A program made the translations under genes and the position numbers. 32,000 nucleotides of DNA from Candidatus Electrothrix sp. GW3-4 (GTDB lineage: Bacteria > Desulfobacterota > Desulfobulbia > Desulfobulbales > Desulfobulbaceae). The stretch is from contig NZ_CP147990.1 of the NCBI RefSeq assembly GCF_037902255.1, forward strand, positions 4,560,001-4,592,000, written 5' to 3'. This document shows, one piece after another, positions 9,213-16,772 of this stretch (position 1 is the first letter of the stretch; each line of letters begins with the position of its first letter). The notes beneath the pieces are model-generated. The model did not search any database. It saw only the letters and a program-made list of their open reading frames with translations, and was not told where the DNA came from.

Positions 9213-10559
9213 ATGAGCACAAGACGAAGCGCTGACCGCTGTCTCCTTATCCTCCTTGATGGCCTGGGCGACCGCGCCTATCCCGCACAGGGAGATCGCA
9301 CCCCTTTGCAGGCTGCTCATACCCCGAACCTGGATGCCTTTGCTCAAAGTGGGTCCTGCGGTCTCCTCCATGCCGCTCGGCCTGGTATTGCCCTACCCAG
9401 TGAAAACGCCCATTTTGCTCTGTTCGGGTATCGAGAGCAGGAGTTCCCTGGTCGGGGCCTGTTCGAGGCATTAGGGGCTGAATTGGATATCAGGCCCGGA
9501 GATATCGCCTTTCTGGTCCATTTCGGAGCCGCCGAGGTCCGGGAGCAGACCCTTTTTCTGAAAAAACATCGTCCTAAAATCTCCCCAGAAGAGACAAAGG
9601 CTTTCACAGAGGCCATCGCCTCATATACCTGGCATGGGAATAATGGTGATGAAACAGAGCCTGTTCAGATTGATTACCTGCCCACTAAGGGCCTGGACGG
9701 CATTCTCCGCCTGCGTGGCAAGGGGCTGAGTTGCCAGGTCACCGATACCAGTCCTCCCCAGCATGACCACCCCCTGCTCATGGCCCTGCCGTATCGGGAG
9801 GCGGAAGATCTGCCAGCTGCCCAGCGAACCGCTGTGGCTCTGAACAGTTATATCGTCTGGTCTCATGATATCCTGAGCAAACATCCTCTGAATCTGCAAC
9901 GACAAGAAAAGACGCAGGAACTGGTCAACGTCCTGGTCACCCAACGCCCTGGGACTCCAGGGCAGATCCAGTCCTTTGCCGAGCGCTGGGGAATCCAGGG
10001 GGCCTCCCTGTCCTCGGGCCTGATGTACTGGGGTCTGGCAAGCTATCTGGGGATGCGGGTGGAAAAGGTCAAGGATACCGATGATCCGGGCCGGGATTTG
10101 GCGGAGCGTTTACGGCTTGCGGACTCTCTCGGTAAGGAATACGAGTTCCTTCATGTTCACACCAAGGCCCCGGACGCGGCAGCCCATACCAAGGATCCCA
10201 AGAAAAAAGTAGCAGCCATCGAGTCCCTGGACAAGGGCATAGGCGAAATGCTGCCGAACTTGCTTGATGGACGCACCGTTGTTATTATCACAGCTGATCA
10301 TTCCACTCCTAGTGCTGGCCCTCAAATCCACTCGGGAGAGCCGGTTCCCATTGCCGTGGCCGGGCCAGGTCTTCGTCGCGATTTGGTGAGTGGATTTGAT
10401 GAGGTCCAATGCGCTCCCGGAGCCCTGGGCTGGGTGCAGGGTCAAGACCTCATGCCCATGGTCCTCAATTTTCTTGATCGGGCAAAACTGATCGGCTTGA
10501 TGGATACCCCGGACGATCAACCCTATTGGCCGGGCAAGAGAACACCGTTTAGACTGTAA
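9213..10559 (+). CDS. ApgM-type cofactor-independent phosphoglycerate mutase family (alkaline-phosphatase superfamily metalloenzyme); could instead be the 'proposed homoserine kinase' subfamily
   Basis: LLILLDGLGDR...HTPNLD at the N-terminus, HVHTKAPDAAAH, and ITADHSTP near the C-terminus are metal/phosphoserine-site motifs of this superfamily. The length is 448 aa. Confidence 0.7.
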   Translation: MSTRRSADRCLLILLDGLGDRAYPAQGDRTPLQAAHTPNLDAFAQSGSCGLLHAARPGIALPSENAHFALFGYREQEFPGRGLFEALGAELDIRPGDIAFLVHFGAAEVREQTLFLKKHRPKISPEETKAFTEAIASYTWHGNNGDETEPVQIDYLPTKGLDGILRLRGKGLSCQVTDTSPPQHDHPLLMALPYREAEDLPAAQRTAVALNSYIVWSHDILSKHPLNLQRQEKTQELVNVLVTQRPGTPGQIQSFAERWGIQGASLSSGLMYWGLASYLGMRVEKVKDTDDPGRDLAERLRLADSLGKEYEFLHVHTKAPDAAAHTKDPKKKVAAIESLDKGIGEMLPNLLDGRTVVIITADHSTPSAGPQIHSGEPVPIAVAGPGLRRDLVSGFDEVQCAPGALGWVQGQDLMPMVLNFLDRAKLIGLMDTPDDQPYWPGKRTPFRL

Positions 10560-10591
10560 TCTCTGTTCCCCTTCAATATCAGGAGGTACTC

Positions 10592-11146
10592 ATGACCAAG
10601 ACAGGCGTTATTCACGGCCGTTTTCAGATTCTTCATAATGATCACCTGAAATATCTCCTGGCAGGTAAGGAGAGATGTGAGCATCTGGTGGTGGGGATCA
10701 CCAACCCTGATCCCTGTCTGACCAAGGCTGATGCCGCAGATCCGAAACGAAGCTCAGATAAGGCCAATCCCTTTACCTATTTTCACCGTTACCAGATGGT
10801 GCGTGCCGCCTTGACCCAGAGCGGTGTGGAAGAAAAAGACTTTTCAGTGGTTCCTTTTCCCATCAATTTTCCTGAGCGATATCATTATTACCTGCCTATG
10901 GATGCTACCTTCTTTCTCACCATCTATGATGACTGGGGGGAAAGAAAGCTGGAGATGTTTCAGGCCCTGGGCCTGATTACTGAGGTGCTTTGGCGCCGAA
11001 CCCTGGCCACCAAGGGCCTGTCAGCAACTGATATCCGGGAGAAGGTGGCTGCTGGTGAACCTTGGCAGCATCTGGTGCCGCTCGGTGTTGCTGAAATTAT
11101 TAATAACGTCATAAAAACGACCATAACCACCGCTATAGGCGAATAA
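10592..11146 (+). CDS. NadM-like nicotinamide-nucleotide adenylyltransferase / cytidylyltransferase-fold protein
   Basis: HGRFQILHNDHLKYL (an H-x-x-H nucleotidyltransferase motif), NPFTYFHRYQMV, and SATDIREKVAAGEPWQHLVP (an ISGT-x-IR-like motif). An AGGAGG RBS lies at 10581-10586, 5 nt upstream of the ATG at 10592. Confidence 0.7.
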   Translation: MTKTGVIHGRFQILHNDHLKYLLAGKERCEHLVVGITNPDPCLTKADAADPKRSSDKANPFTYFHRYQMVRAALTQSGVEEKDFSVVPFPINFPERYHYYLPMDATFFLTIYDDWGERKLEMFQALGLITEVLWRRTLATKGLSATDIREKVAAGEPWQHLVPLGVAEIINNVIKTTITTAIGE

Positions 11147-11446
11147 TTTCCCTCCTTTCTCAAGGGCCGGATCGTCTCGCTTCGTTTGAGAAAAGTATTT
11201 TTTCCATAGACCTCTCCGTGCTGTTCCCCCCCCTCCTTTTCTCCTGTTTTAGACAGGAAGGCAGTTAACACAATTCTAATAGTACCCTAACCCCGCTGTA
11301 ATTGGTCCTCGGTATAAACAGCGACAGTGAAAAAAGAATGCGCAGAGCTGTGCAGACAGCTCTCTGTGAAAAAGGCCCGTTCTGCGGTCCAGATAATACA
11401 AGATCCACAGAGTAATTGAGTGACCGGAAAGGTAGCGGGGAAAGAA

Positions 11447-12739
11447 ATGAGTAACAAAGGGACAGGGAAAAAAATATCACAGGCCTCAGCCATGAGGCGA
11501 GTTGAACTCGGTCTGGCGCGTCGTCGTCGCAGAGAAGAGCGGTTTCGCAGATTGAGCTTTTCCGCTGTGGTCCTGAGTATCGGCTTTCTTGTGCTCCTCT
11601 TTGCCTCGATCATCTCCAATGGCTGGTCTGCCTTTCTCCGGACCGATATCCTGCTTGATGTTCATTTTGACAAGGCAGTCCTGGATGTCAACAGTCTGGT
11701 GAATGCCAACTATGGTAAATTGATTAAGCAATCTATGCGGGAGCTCTTGCCGGAGGTTGCGTCACGGCGGGATAAGCGGGCGTTGTACAGGCTGGTCAGT
11801 TCCGGCGCTTCCTATGAGTTGCAGAAAATGGTGGTAGCTGATCCGGCATTGATCGGAAAGACGGTCTCCCTGTGGCTGCCTGCCGATGATCTGGCCGATA
11901 TGTTGCTCAAGGGTAAGATAGACAGGGAGAGCCCGGAGACAGAGCGTGCCATGTCGGATAAGCAGATTCAATGGGTTGACCACTTTATTGCGCAGGGACG
12001 GATGAAACAGCATTTTAATACCACCTTTTTTCAGGCAGGTGATTCCCGTGAGCCGGAGTTGGCAGGCATCAGGGGGGCAGTGATGGGCTCCCTCTTTACC
12101 TTGCTGGTGACCCTCGCTCTCTCCTTTCCTGTGTCTGTTGCTGCGGCTGTCTACTTGGAAGAGTTTGCACCAAAGAAGAGATGGACCGACCTGGTTGAGG
12201 TCAATATTAATAATCTGGCCGCTGTCCCTTCCATTGTCTTTGGCCTGCTGGGGCTGGCTGTCTTTCTTAATTTTTTTGGCATGCCCCGCTCCTCCCCCCT
12301 GGTTGGGGGGATGGTCTTGTCCCTGATGACCCTGCCGACGATTATTATCGCCAGTCGCGCCTCCTTGCAGGCGGTGCCCCCTTCGATCCGGGAGGCAGCC
12401 TTAGGCGTTGGGGCCTCTAAGATGCAGACCGTGTTCCATCATGTTCTGCCGCTGGCCATGCCCGGTATGATGACCGGAACCATTATCGGCCTGTCACGAG
12501 CCTTAGGTGAGACCGCCCCGCTGCTGATGATCGGTATGGTCGCCTTTATTGTTGATGTGCCAGGGAACATCACGGACCCAGCCACCGGCCTGCCTGTTCA
12601 GATCTTTCTCTGGGCCGATTCGCCAGAGCGGGCCTTTGTTGAGCGGACATCCGCCGCCATCCTTGTTTTATTAATGGTCCTGATTGCTATGAATGGGCTG
12701 GCGGTCTATCTGCGGCAGAAGTTTGAACGGCGGTGGTAA
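11447..12739 (+). CDS. pstA: Phosphate ABC transporter permease PstA (long form with N-terminal TM helix and periplasmic loop)
   Basis: LEEFAPKKRWTDLVEVNINNLAAVPSIVFGLLGLAVF, ASRASLQAVPPSIREAALGVGASKMQ and SRALGETAPLLMIG are PstA signatures. I preferred the ATG at 11447, preceded by GGGGAAAG, over the GTG at 11420. Confidence 0.85.
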   Translation: MSNKGTGKKISQASAMRRVELGLARRRRREERFRRLSFSAVVLSIGFLVLLFASIISNGWSAFLRTDILLDVHFDKAVLDVNSLVNANYGKLIKQSMRELLPEVASRRDKRALYRLVSSGASYELQKMVVADPALIGKTVSLWLPADDLADMLLKGKIDRESPETERAMSDKQIQWVDHFIAQGRMKQHFNTTFFQAGDSREPELAGIRGAVMGSLFTLLVTLALSFPVSVAAAVYLEEFAPKKRWTDLVEVNINNLAAVPSIVFGLLGLAVFLNFFGMPRSSPLVGGMVLSLMTLPTIIIASRASLQAVPPSIREAALGVGASKMQTVFHHVLPLAMPGMMTGTIIGLSRALGETAPLLMIGMVAFIVDVPGNITDPATGLPVQIFLWADSPERAFVERTSAAILVLLMVLIAMNGLAVYLRQKFERRW

Positions 12740-12900
12740 GCCACTCTCCGTATGTTGTTACCTACCTATGTGAATGAGGGGTTATCCATCTCCTACAAAA
12801 TAAACGATCCCTCATTCGCATCTTTTATAGCAATCAAGAAGGGTTGCTGGAGTTTGTCCTGGAAGGGATCAAAAAGAAGAAAGGAATGCAAGGAGAAAAG

Positions 12901-13935
12901 ATGAAGAAAGCACTATTTGTTGCAGCCTGTATGCTGCTGGCCTCTGATGTCTGGGCAGGTGGAAGAGACTATGTCTCTATTGTGGGCTCCTCCACCGTCT
13001 ACCCCTTTGCCACCACGGTGGCGGAACGATTTGGCAAGACCAGTTCCTTTAAGACCCCAAAGATCGAATCCACCGGTTCTGGTGGGGGGATAAAGTTGTT
13101 CTGTGCCGGTACCGGTATTGATACCCCGGATATCACCAATGCCTCCCGCAGGATCAAGAAGTCTGAATACGATACCTGTATGAAGAGCGGGGTGAAGGAA
13201 ATCGTTGAGGTGAAAATTGGTTACGACGGTATCGTGTTGGCCAATTCCAAGAAGGCAAAACGCTTCACCCTGACCAAAAAAAATATCTACCTTGCCTTGG
13301 CCCGGACTGTACCCGACCCCAAGGGGAGCAAGACCTTTGTTGACAATCCCTATAAGACTTGGAAGGATGTAAACGCCTCTTTGCCTGATGTGAATATTGA
13401 GGTTATGGGACCTCCGCCTACCTCAGGAACCCGTGATGCCTTTGATGAATTGGCTATGGAGGGGGGCTGTAAGACCTTTCCCTGGGTGAAGGATCTTAAA
13501 AAGAGCGATAAGGAACAGTTTAAGACCGCTTGCCAGGCCTTGCGCGAAGACGGTGCCTATGTGGAGGCTGGAGAAAACGATAACCTGATCGTCCAGAAAC
13601 TGGAGGCCAACCCTGATTCTCTGGGTATCTTCGGTTTTAGCTATCTCGACCAGAACGCTGATAAGATCCAGGGCGCCATCGTTGATGGGGTTGCGCCTGA
13701 TTTTGATCACATCGCCAGCGGTAGCTATTCCATTTCACGCCCGCTGTACATGTACGTCAAAAAATCCCATGCTGGTGTTGTTCCTGGCCTGGAAGAGTAT
13801 CTGGCTGAATTCAGCAGCGATCGTGCCTGGGGCGATGAAGGCTATCTGGCGGAGAAGGGGCTTATTCCCATGCCGGAAGAGGAGCGTACCCAGGTTACCA
13901 AAGCGGTCAAGGAGCTCACGCCGTTACAGTTGTAA
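12901..13935 (+). CDS. pstS: Phosphate ABC transporter substrate-binding protein PstS family
   Basis: Signal peptide MKKALFVAACMLLASDVWA. IVGSSTVYPF, ESTGSGGG and PPTSGTRDAF are typical PstS/PBP-like-2 motifs. The ATG at 12901 is preceded by an AAGGAG RBS. Confidence 0.85.
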   Translation: MKKALFVAACMLLASDVWAGGRDYVSIVGSSTVYPFATTVAERFGKTSSFKTPKIESTGSGGGIKLFCAGTGIDTPDITNASRRIKKSEYDTCMKSGVKEIVEVKIGYDGIVLANSKKAKRFTLTKKNIYLALARTVPDPKGSKTFVDNPYKTWKDVNASLPDVNIEVMGPPPTSGTRDAFDELAMEGGCKTFPWVKDLKKSDKEQFKTACQALREDGAYVEAGENDNLIVQKLEANPDSLGIFGFSYLDQNADKIQGAIVDGVAPDFDHIASGSYSISRPLYMYVKKSHAGVVPGLEEYLAEFSSDRAWGDEGYLAEKGLIPMPEEERTQVTKAVKELTPLQL

Positions 13936-14024
13936 ACGTACCTGCATGCTGAAGAAAGCAGGTTTGCTGAGTTACGTATACTAAAAGCCGCTGGAAGAAC
14001 GTTCCGGTGGCCTGAGGAATCGAG

Positions 14025-14942
14025 ATGATTATTGCAGAACGTACCTATATGGATAATAAAAAGCCGTATCTTGCTGGCTATGGAGAGGCAGAACAAGAGA
14101 CTCTGTCCTCCTCTCCCCGTGTTGGTGACCCGTTTTCGGAGCGGGAAGAACTGGCCAAGGAGACAGTTGGTGAGCCCTTTGTCGACGCACCCCGTATGAC
14201 CGGTCGCGGTGTCAATGTCTGGTATGGTGATAAACAGGCCATTATGGACGTGAATATTGATATCGGCAAAAATCAGGTCCTTGCCATGATCGGGCCTTCT
14301 GGCTGCGGAAAATCGACCTTTCTCCGCTGTTTGAACAGGATGAATGATACTATTCCGTCGTGTCGGGTTACTGGTGATATTATCCTTGATGAATTGAATA
14401 TCTATGGTAAAAAGATAGATGTGGTACCGCTTCGAGCTAAGGTGGGGATGGTCTTTCAGAAACCCAATCCCTTTCCCAAGTCCATCTACGATAATATTGC
14501 CTATGGCCCAAAGATTCATGGATTGGTCGATAATCGAATGGAACTGGATGAGGTCGTTGAGTATTCTCTGACCAAGGCCGGGTTATGGGATGAGGTCAAG
14601 GACAGGCTTGATCAGTCGGGAACAGGTCTCTCTGGAGGTCAGCAGCAGCGTCTTTGCATTGCCCGCGCCATTGCTGTTCGACCCGAGATTATCCTGATGG
14701 ATGAACCCTGCTCGGCCCTTGATCCCATTGCCACGGCAACAGTAGAGGATCTGATTGACGAATTGCGTAAACAGTATACCATTGTCATTGTCACCCATAA
14801 TATGCAGCAGGCCGCCCGGGTGTCCCAGCGTACCGCCTATTTTCATCTTGGCCGGTTGATTGAGGTGGGCATTACGGACCAGCTCTTTACCAACCCCGGA
14901 CATAGCCTCACCGAGGACTATATCACAGGACGCTTTGGTTGA
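14025..14942 (+). CDS. pstB: Phosphate ABC transporter ATP-binding protein PstB
   Basis: Walker [10 protein letters not shown], the PstB-typical [20 protein letters not shown], the ABC signature [14 protein letters not shown], Walker [12 protein letters not shown], and an H-loop VTHNM. The N-terminal ~50-aa extension makes the exact start uncertain (14025 or 14049). Confidence 0.9.
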   Translation: MIIAERTYMDNKKPYLAGYGEAEQETLSSSPRVGDPFSEREELAKETVGEPFVDAPRMTGRGVNVWYGDKQAIMDVNIDIGKNQVLAMIGPSGCGKSTFLRCLNRMNDTIPSCRVTGDIILDELNIYGKKIDVVPLRAKVGMVFQKPNPFPKSIYDNIAYGPKIHGLVDNRMELDEVVEYSLTKAGLWDEVKDRLDQSGTGLSGGQQQRLCIARAIAVRPEIILMDEPCSALDPIATATVEDLIDELRKQYTIVIVTHNMQQAARVSQRTAYFHLGRLIEVGITDQLFTNPGHSLTEDYITGRFG

Positions 14943-14953
14943 TTTATTAAGGT

Positions 14954-15397
14954 ATGTCTAAGAAATATTCGGTTCTCTTTGTCTGTATTCATAATTCTGC
15001 TCGGAGCCAGATGGCAGAGGCCTTTTTGCGCGAGATCGGCGGTGAGTATTTCACAGCGGCTAGTGCTGGTCTGGAGGCTGGATTTCTTAATCTCTTGGTT
15101 ATTCAGGTAATGGGGGAGATTGGCCTTGACATTAGCGTTCAATCCACCGATGATATTGACAATGTTATTCGTCGTTCTGAAGCATTTGATTACGTTATTA
15201 CGGTCTGTGATGCCGCAAATGCCCAACGTTGCCCACTTGTTCCTGGTACCATGCACAGGTTGCATTGGGGCTTTGCGGATCCAGCCGCCTTATCAGGTAC
15301 TGATAAAGAAAAATTGGCACAGGTGCGGGTGATTCGGGACCAGATTCGAGCGCAGGTCGCTGCTTTTGTCCAGAGCTTCGGCATTCCCGTTTCGTAA
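14954..15397 (+). CDS. arsC: Arsenate reductase, thioredoxin-coupled LMW-PTPase family
   Basis: The C-x5-R-S P-loop VLFVCIHNSARSQMAEA plus the downstream Cys pair VCDAANAQRCP, as in pI258-type ArsC. The gene starts 11 nt after the pstB stop. Confidence 0.8.
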   Translation: MSKKYSVLFVCIHNSARSQMAEAFLREIGGEYFTAASAGLEAGFLNLLVIQVMGEIGLDISVQSTDDIDNVIRRSEAFDYVITVCDAANAQRCPLVPGTMHRLHWGFADPAALSGTDKEKLAQVRVIRDQIRAQVAAFVQSFGIPVS

Positions 15398-15462
15398 GAT
15401 CTGGCAAAAGAAAACAGACGGTCTCGATAATGTATGTTATGAGCTCAAGAAAGTTTTTGTGT

Positions 15463-15503
15463 CAGCCACCGTGTTTTCACCGTAAGGCGCGGCGGCTGTT
15501 TTT
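15463..15503 (+). terminator. Possible intrinsic terminator after arsC
   Basis: CAGCCACCG (15463-15471) pairs with CGGCGGCTG (15490-15498) with one mismatch, and is followed by TTTTT. The loop is long (18 nt), so this is only moderately convincing. Confidence 0.4.
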
Positions 15504-15542
15504 ATCTGAAGAAAAGAAGAAGATGGAACGGAGGAGAAGATA

Positions 15543-16685
15543 ATGAAAAAATGTTACTCAACCGGTGCTCTCACCATGACTGTTGGGGCGATGTTACTTG
15601 GTGGCGCTGTATCGGCCTCAGCCCTTGAAGTCAAATCCGGCAACGATAATGTGCAACTCAATCTCTACGGTCACATCAACCGGGCAGTTATGTCTGTTGA
15701 TGATGGCAATGAAACCAAGATTTTTCATGTTGATAATACGAATTCTGAAAGCAGAATCGGCATTAATGGAGAAGTGGCGGCATATGACTCCCTGACAATA
15801 GGTGGAAATGTTGAAGTGGAATGGCAATCCAACCCTTCACATAAAGTATCAATGCAGGAAGAGAGTATCTCCAGCGAACTCAAAGAGCGAAAAATGGAAG
15901 TTTATTTTGATTCTGAAAAGATTGGTAAATTGTCCATAGGGCGGGGGGATATGGTCTCAAATGGAAGCTCGGAGGTTGACTTGTCCGGCACCGGTGTTGC
16001 TGGTAACTCCGGTGCAGCTGATGCCGGTGGTGGCTTTGCCTTCGTTAATACTACTCCTGTAGTCGTGGCTGAAGGTGAAGAGGCTGAGAGCATTACAGTC
16101 GGTGATGTTTTTGACCAGATGGACGGATTGAGCAGGCGGAATAGGGTACGCTACGACACGCCAACTTTTGGAGGTTTCTCTTTCGGTGTATCCGCCGGTG
16201 AAGAGGAGCGTGCTGATGTTGCTCTCACATATTCCGGTAAATTTGCTGGTGGAACAAAGCTGAAAGCTGCGGTGGCCTACTCTGACCCAGGTGAAGGGGG
16301 GGACTACACCCTGATCAGTGGTTCTGCTTCTCTCCTGCTCGGGTTTGGCCTGAACTTCACCGTTGCTGGCGGTACCCGCGACCTGGATGATATGCCTGCT
16401 GGTGGTGATGATCCGACCTTTATGTACGGTAAGATCGGGTATAAGACCAAGATCTTTTCCGCCGGTTCCACAGCCTGTTCCTTTGATTACGGGGTGTACT
16501 CCAATATCGAAAACCAGGACACTGAAGAAGAAGGCACTGCCTTTGGTGTGCAGGTTGTTCAGAAATTTTCTGATTACAACACCGAGCTGTTCGCTGCTTA
16601 CCGTAATTTTGAACTGGAAGATAATACCGGTGCTGATTACGAGCCCATTACCCTGGCCTTGGCTGGCGTTCGTCTGAAATTCTAG
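15543..16685 (+). CDS. Outer-membrane porin (general Gram-negative porin fold)
   Basis: Signal peptide ending in ASA-LE. The sequence alternates in a beta-strand-like pattern rich in G, Y and D. YGHINRAV resembles a first strand, and the C-terminal ...AGVRLKF ends with an aromatic residue. A GGAGGAG RBS is present. Confidence 0.7.
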   Translation: MKKCYSTGALTMTVGAMLLGGAVSASALEVKSGNDNVQLNLYGHINRAVMSVDDGNETKIFHVDNTNSESRIGINGEVAAYDSLTIGGNVEVEWQSNPSHKVSMQEESISSELKERKMEVYFDSEKIGKLSIGRGDMVSNGSSEVDLSGTGVAGNSGAADAGGGFAFVNTTPVVVAEGEEAESITVGDVFDQMDGLSRRNRVRYDTPTFGGFSFGVSAGEEERADVALTYSGKFAGGTKLKAAVAYSDPGEGGDYTLISGSASLLLGFGLNFTVAGGTRDLDDMPAGGDDPTFMYGKIGYKTKIFSAGSTACSFDYGVYSNIENQDTEEEGTAFGVQVVQKFSDYNTELFAAYRNFELEDNTGADYEPITLALAGVRLKF

Positions 16686-16710
16686 TCGAAAAAGTGTACT
16701 TTTTCTTTTG

Positions 16711-16739
16711 GGGGCGTCGTTAATGGACGCCCCTTTTTT
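16711..16739 (+). terminator. Rho-independent terminator downstream of the porin gene
   Basis: GGGGCGTC (16711-16718) pairs with GACGCCCC (16726-16733) around a 7-nt loop, followed by TTTTTT (16734-16739). Confidence 0.7.
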
Positions 16740-16772
16740 CTTCCCCCCTTTTCGGCAGCGTGTTTCTTGCTG

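Noticed and set aside
9120-9371. The long version of the PHP ORF (start at 9371, 301 aa).
   Set aside because: The extra 84 residues overlap the start of the divergent ApgM-type gene (9213) and have no counterpart in PHP proteins, which begin at the M-x-x-DLH-x-H motif. The ATG at 9119 is therefore preferred.
13842-14519. A 225-aa minus-strand ORF spanning the pstS-pstB junction.
   Set aside because: It is antisense to two genes with strong family signatures and crosses their intergenic region. No motifs are recognisable, so it is most likely a shadow ORF.
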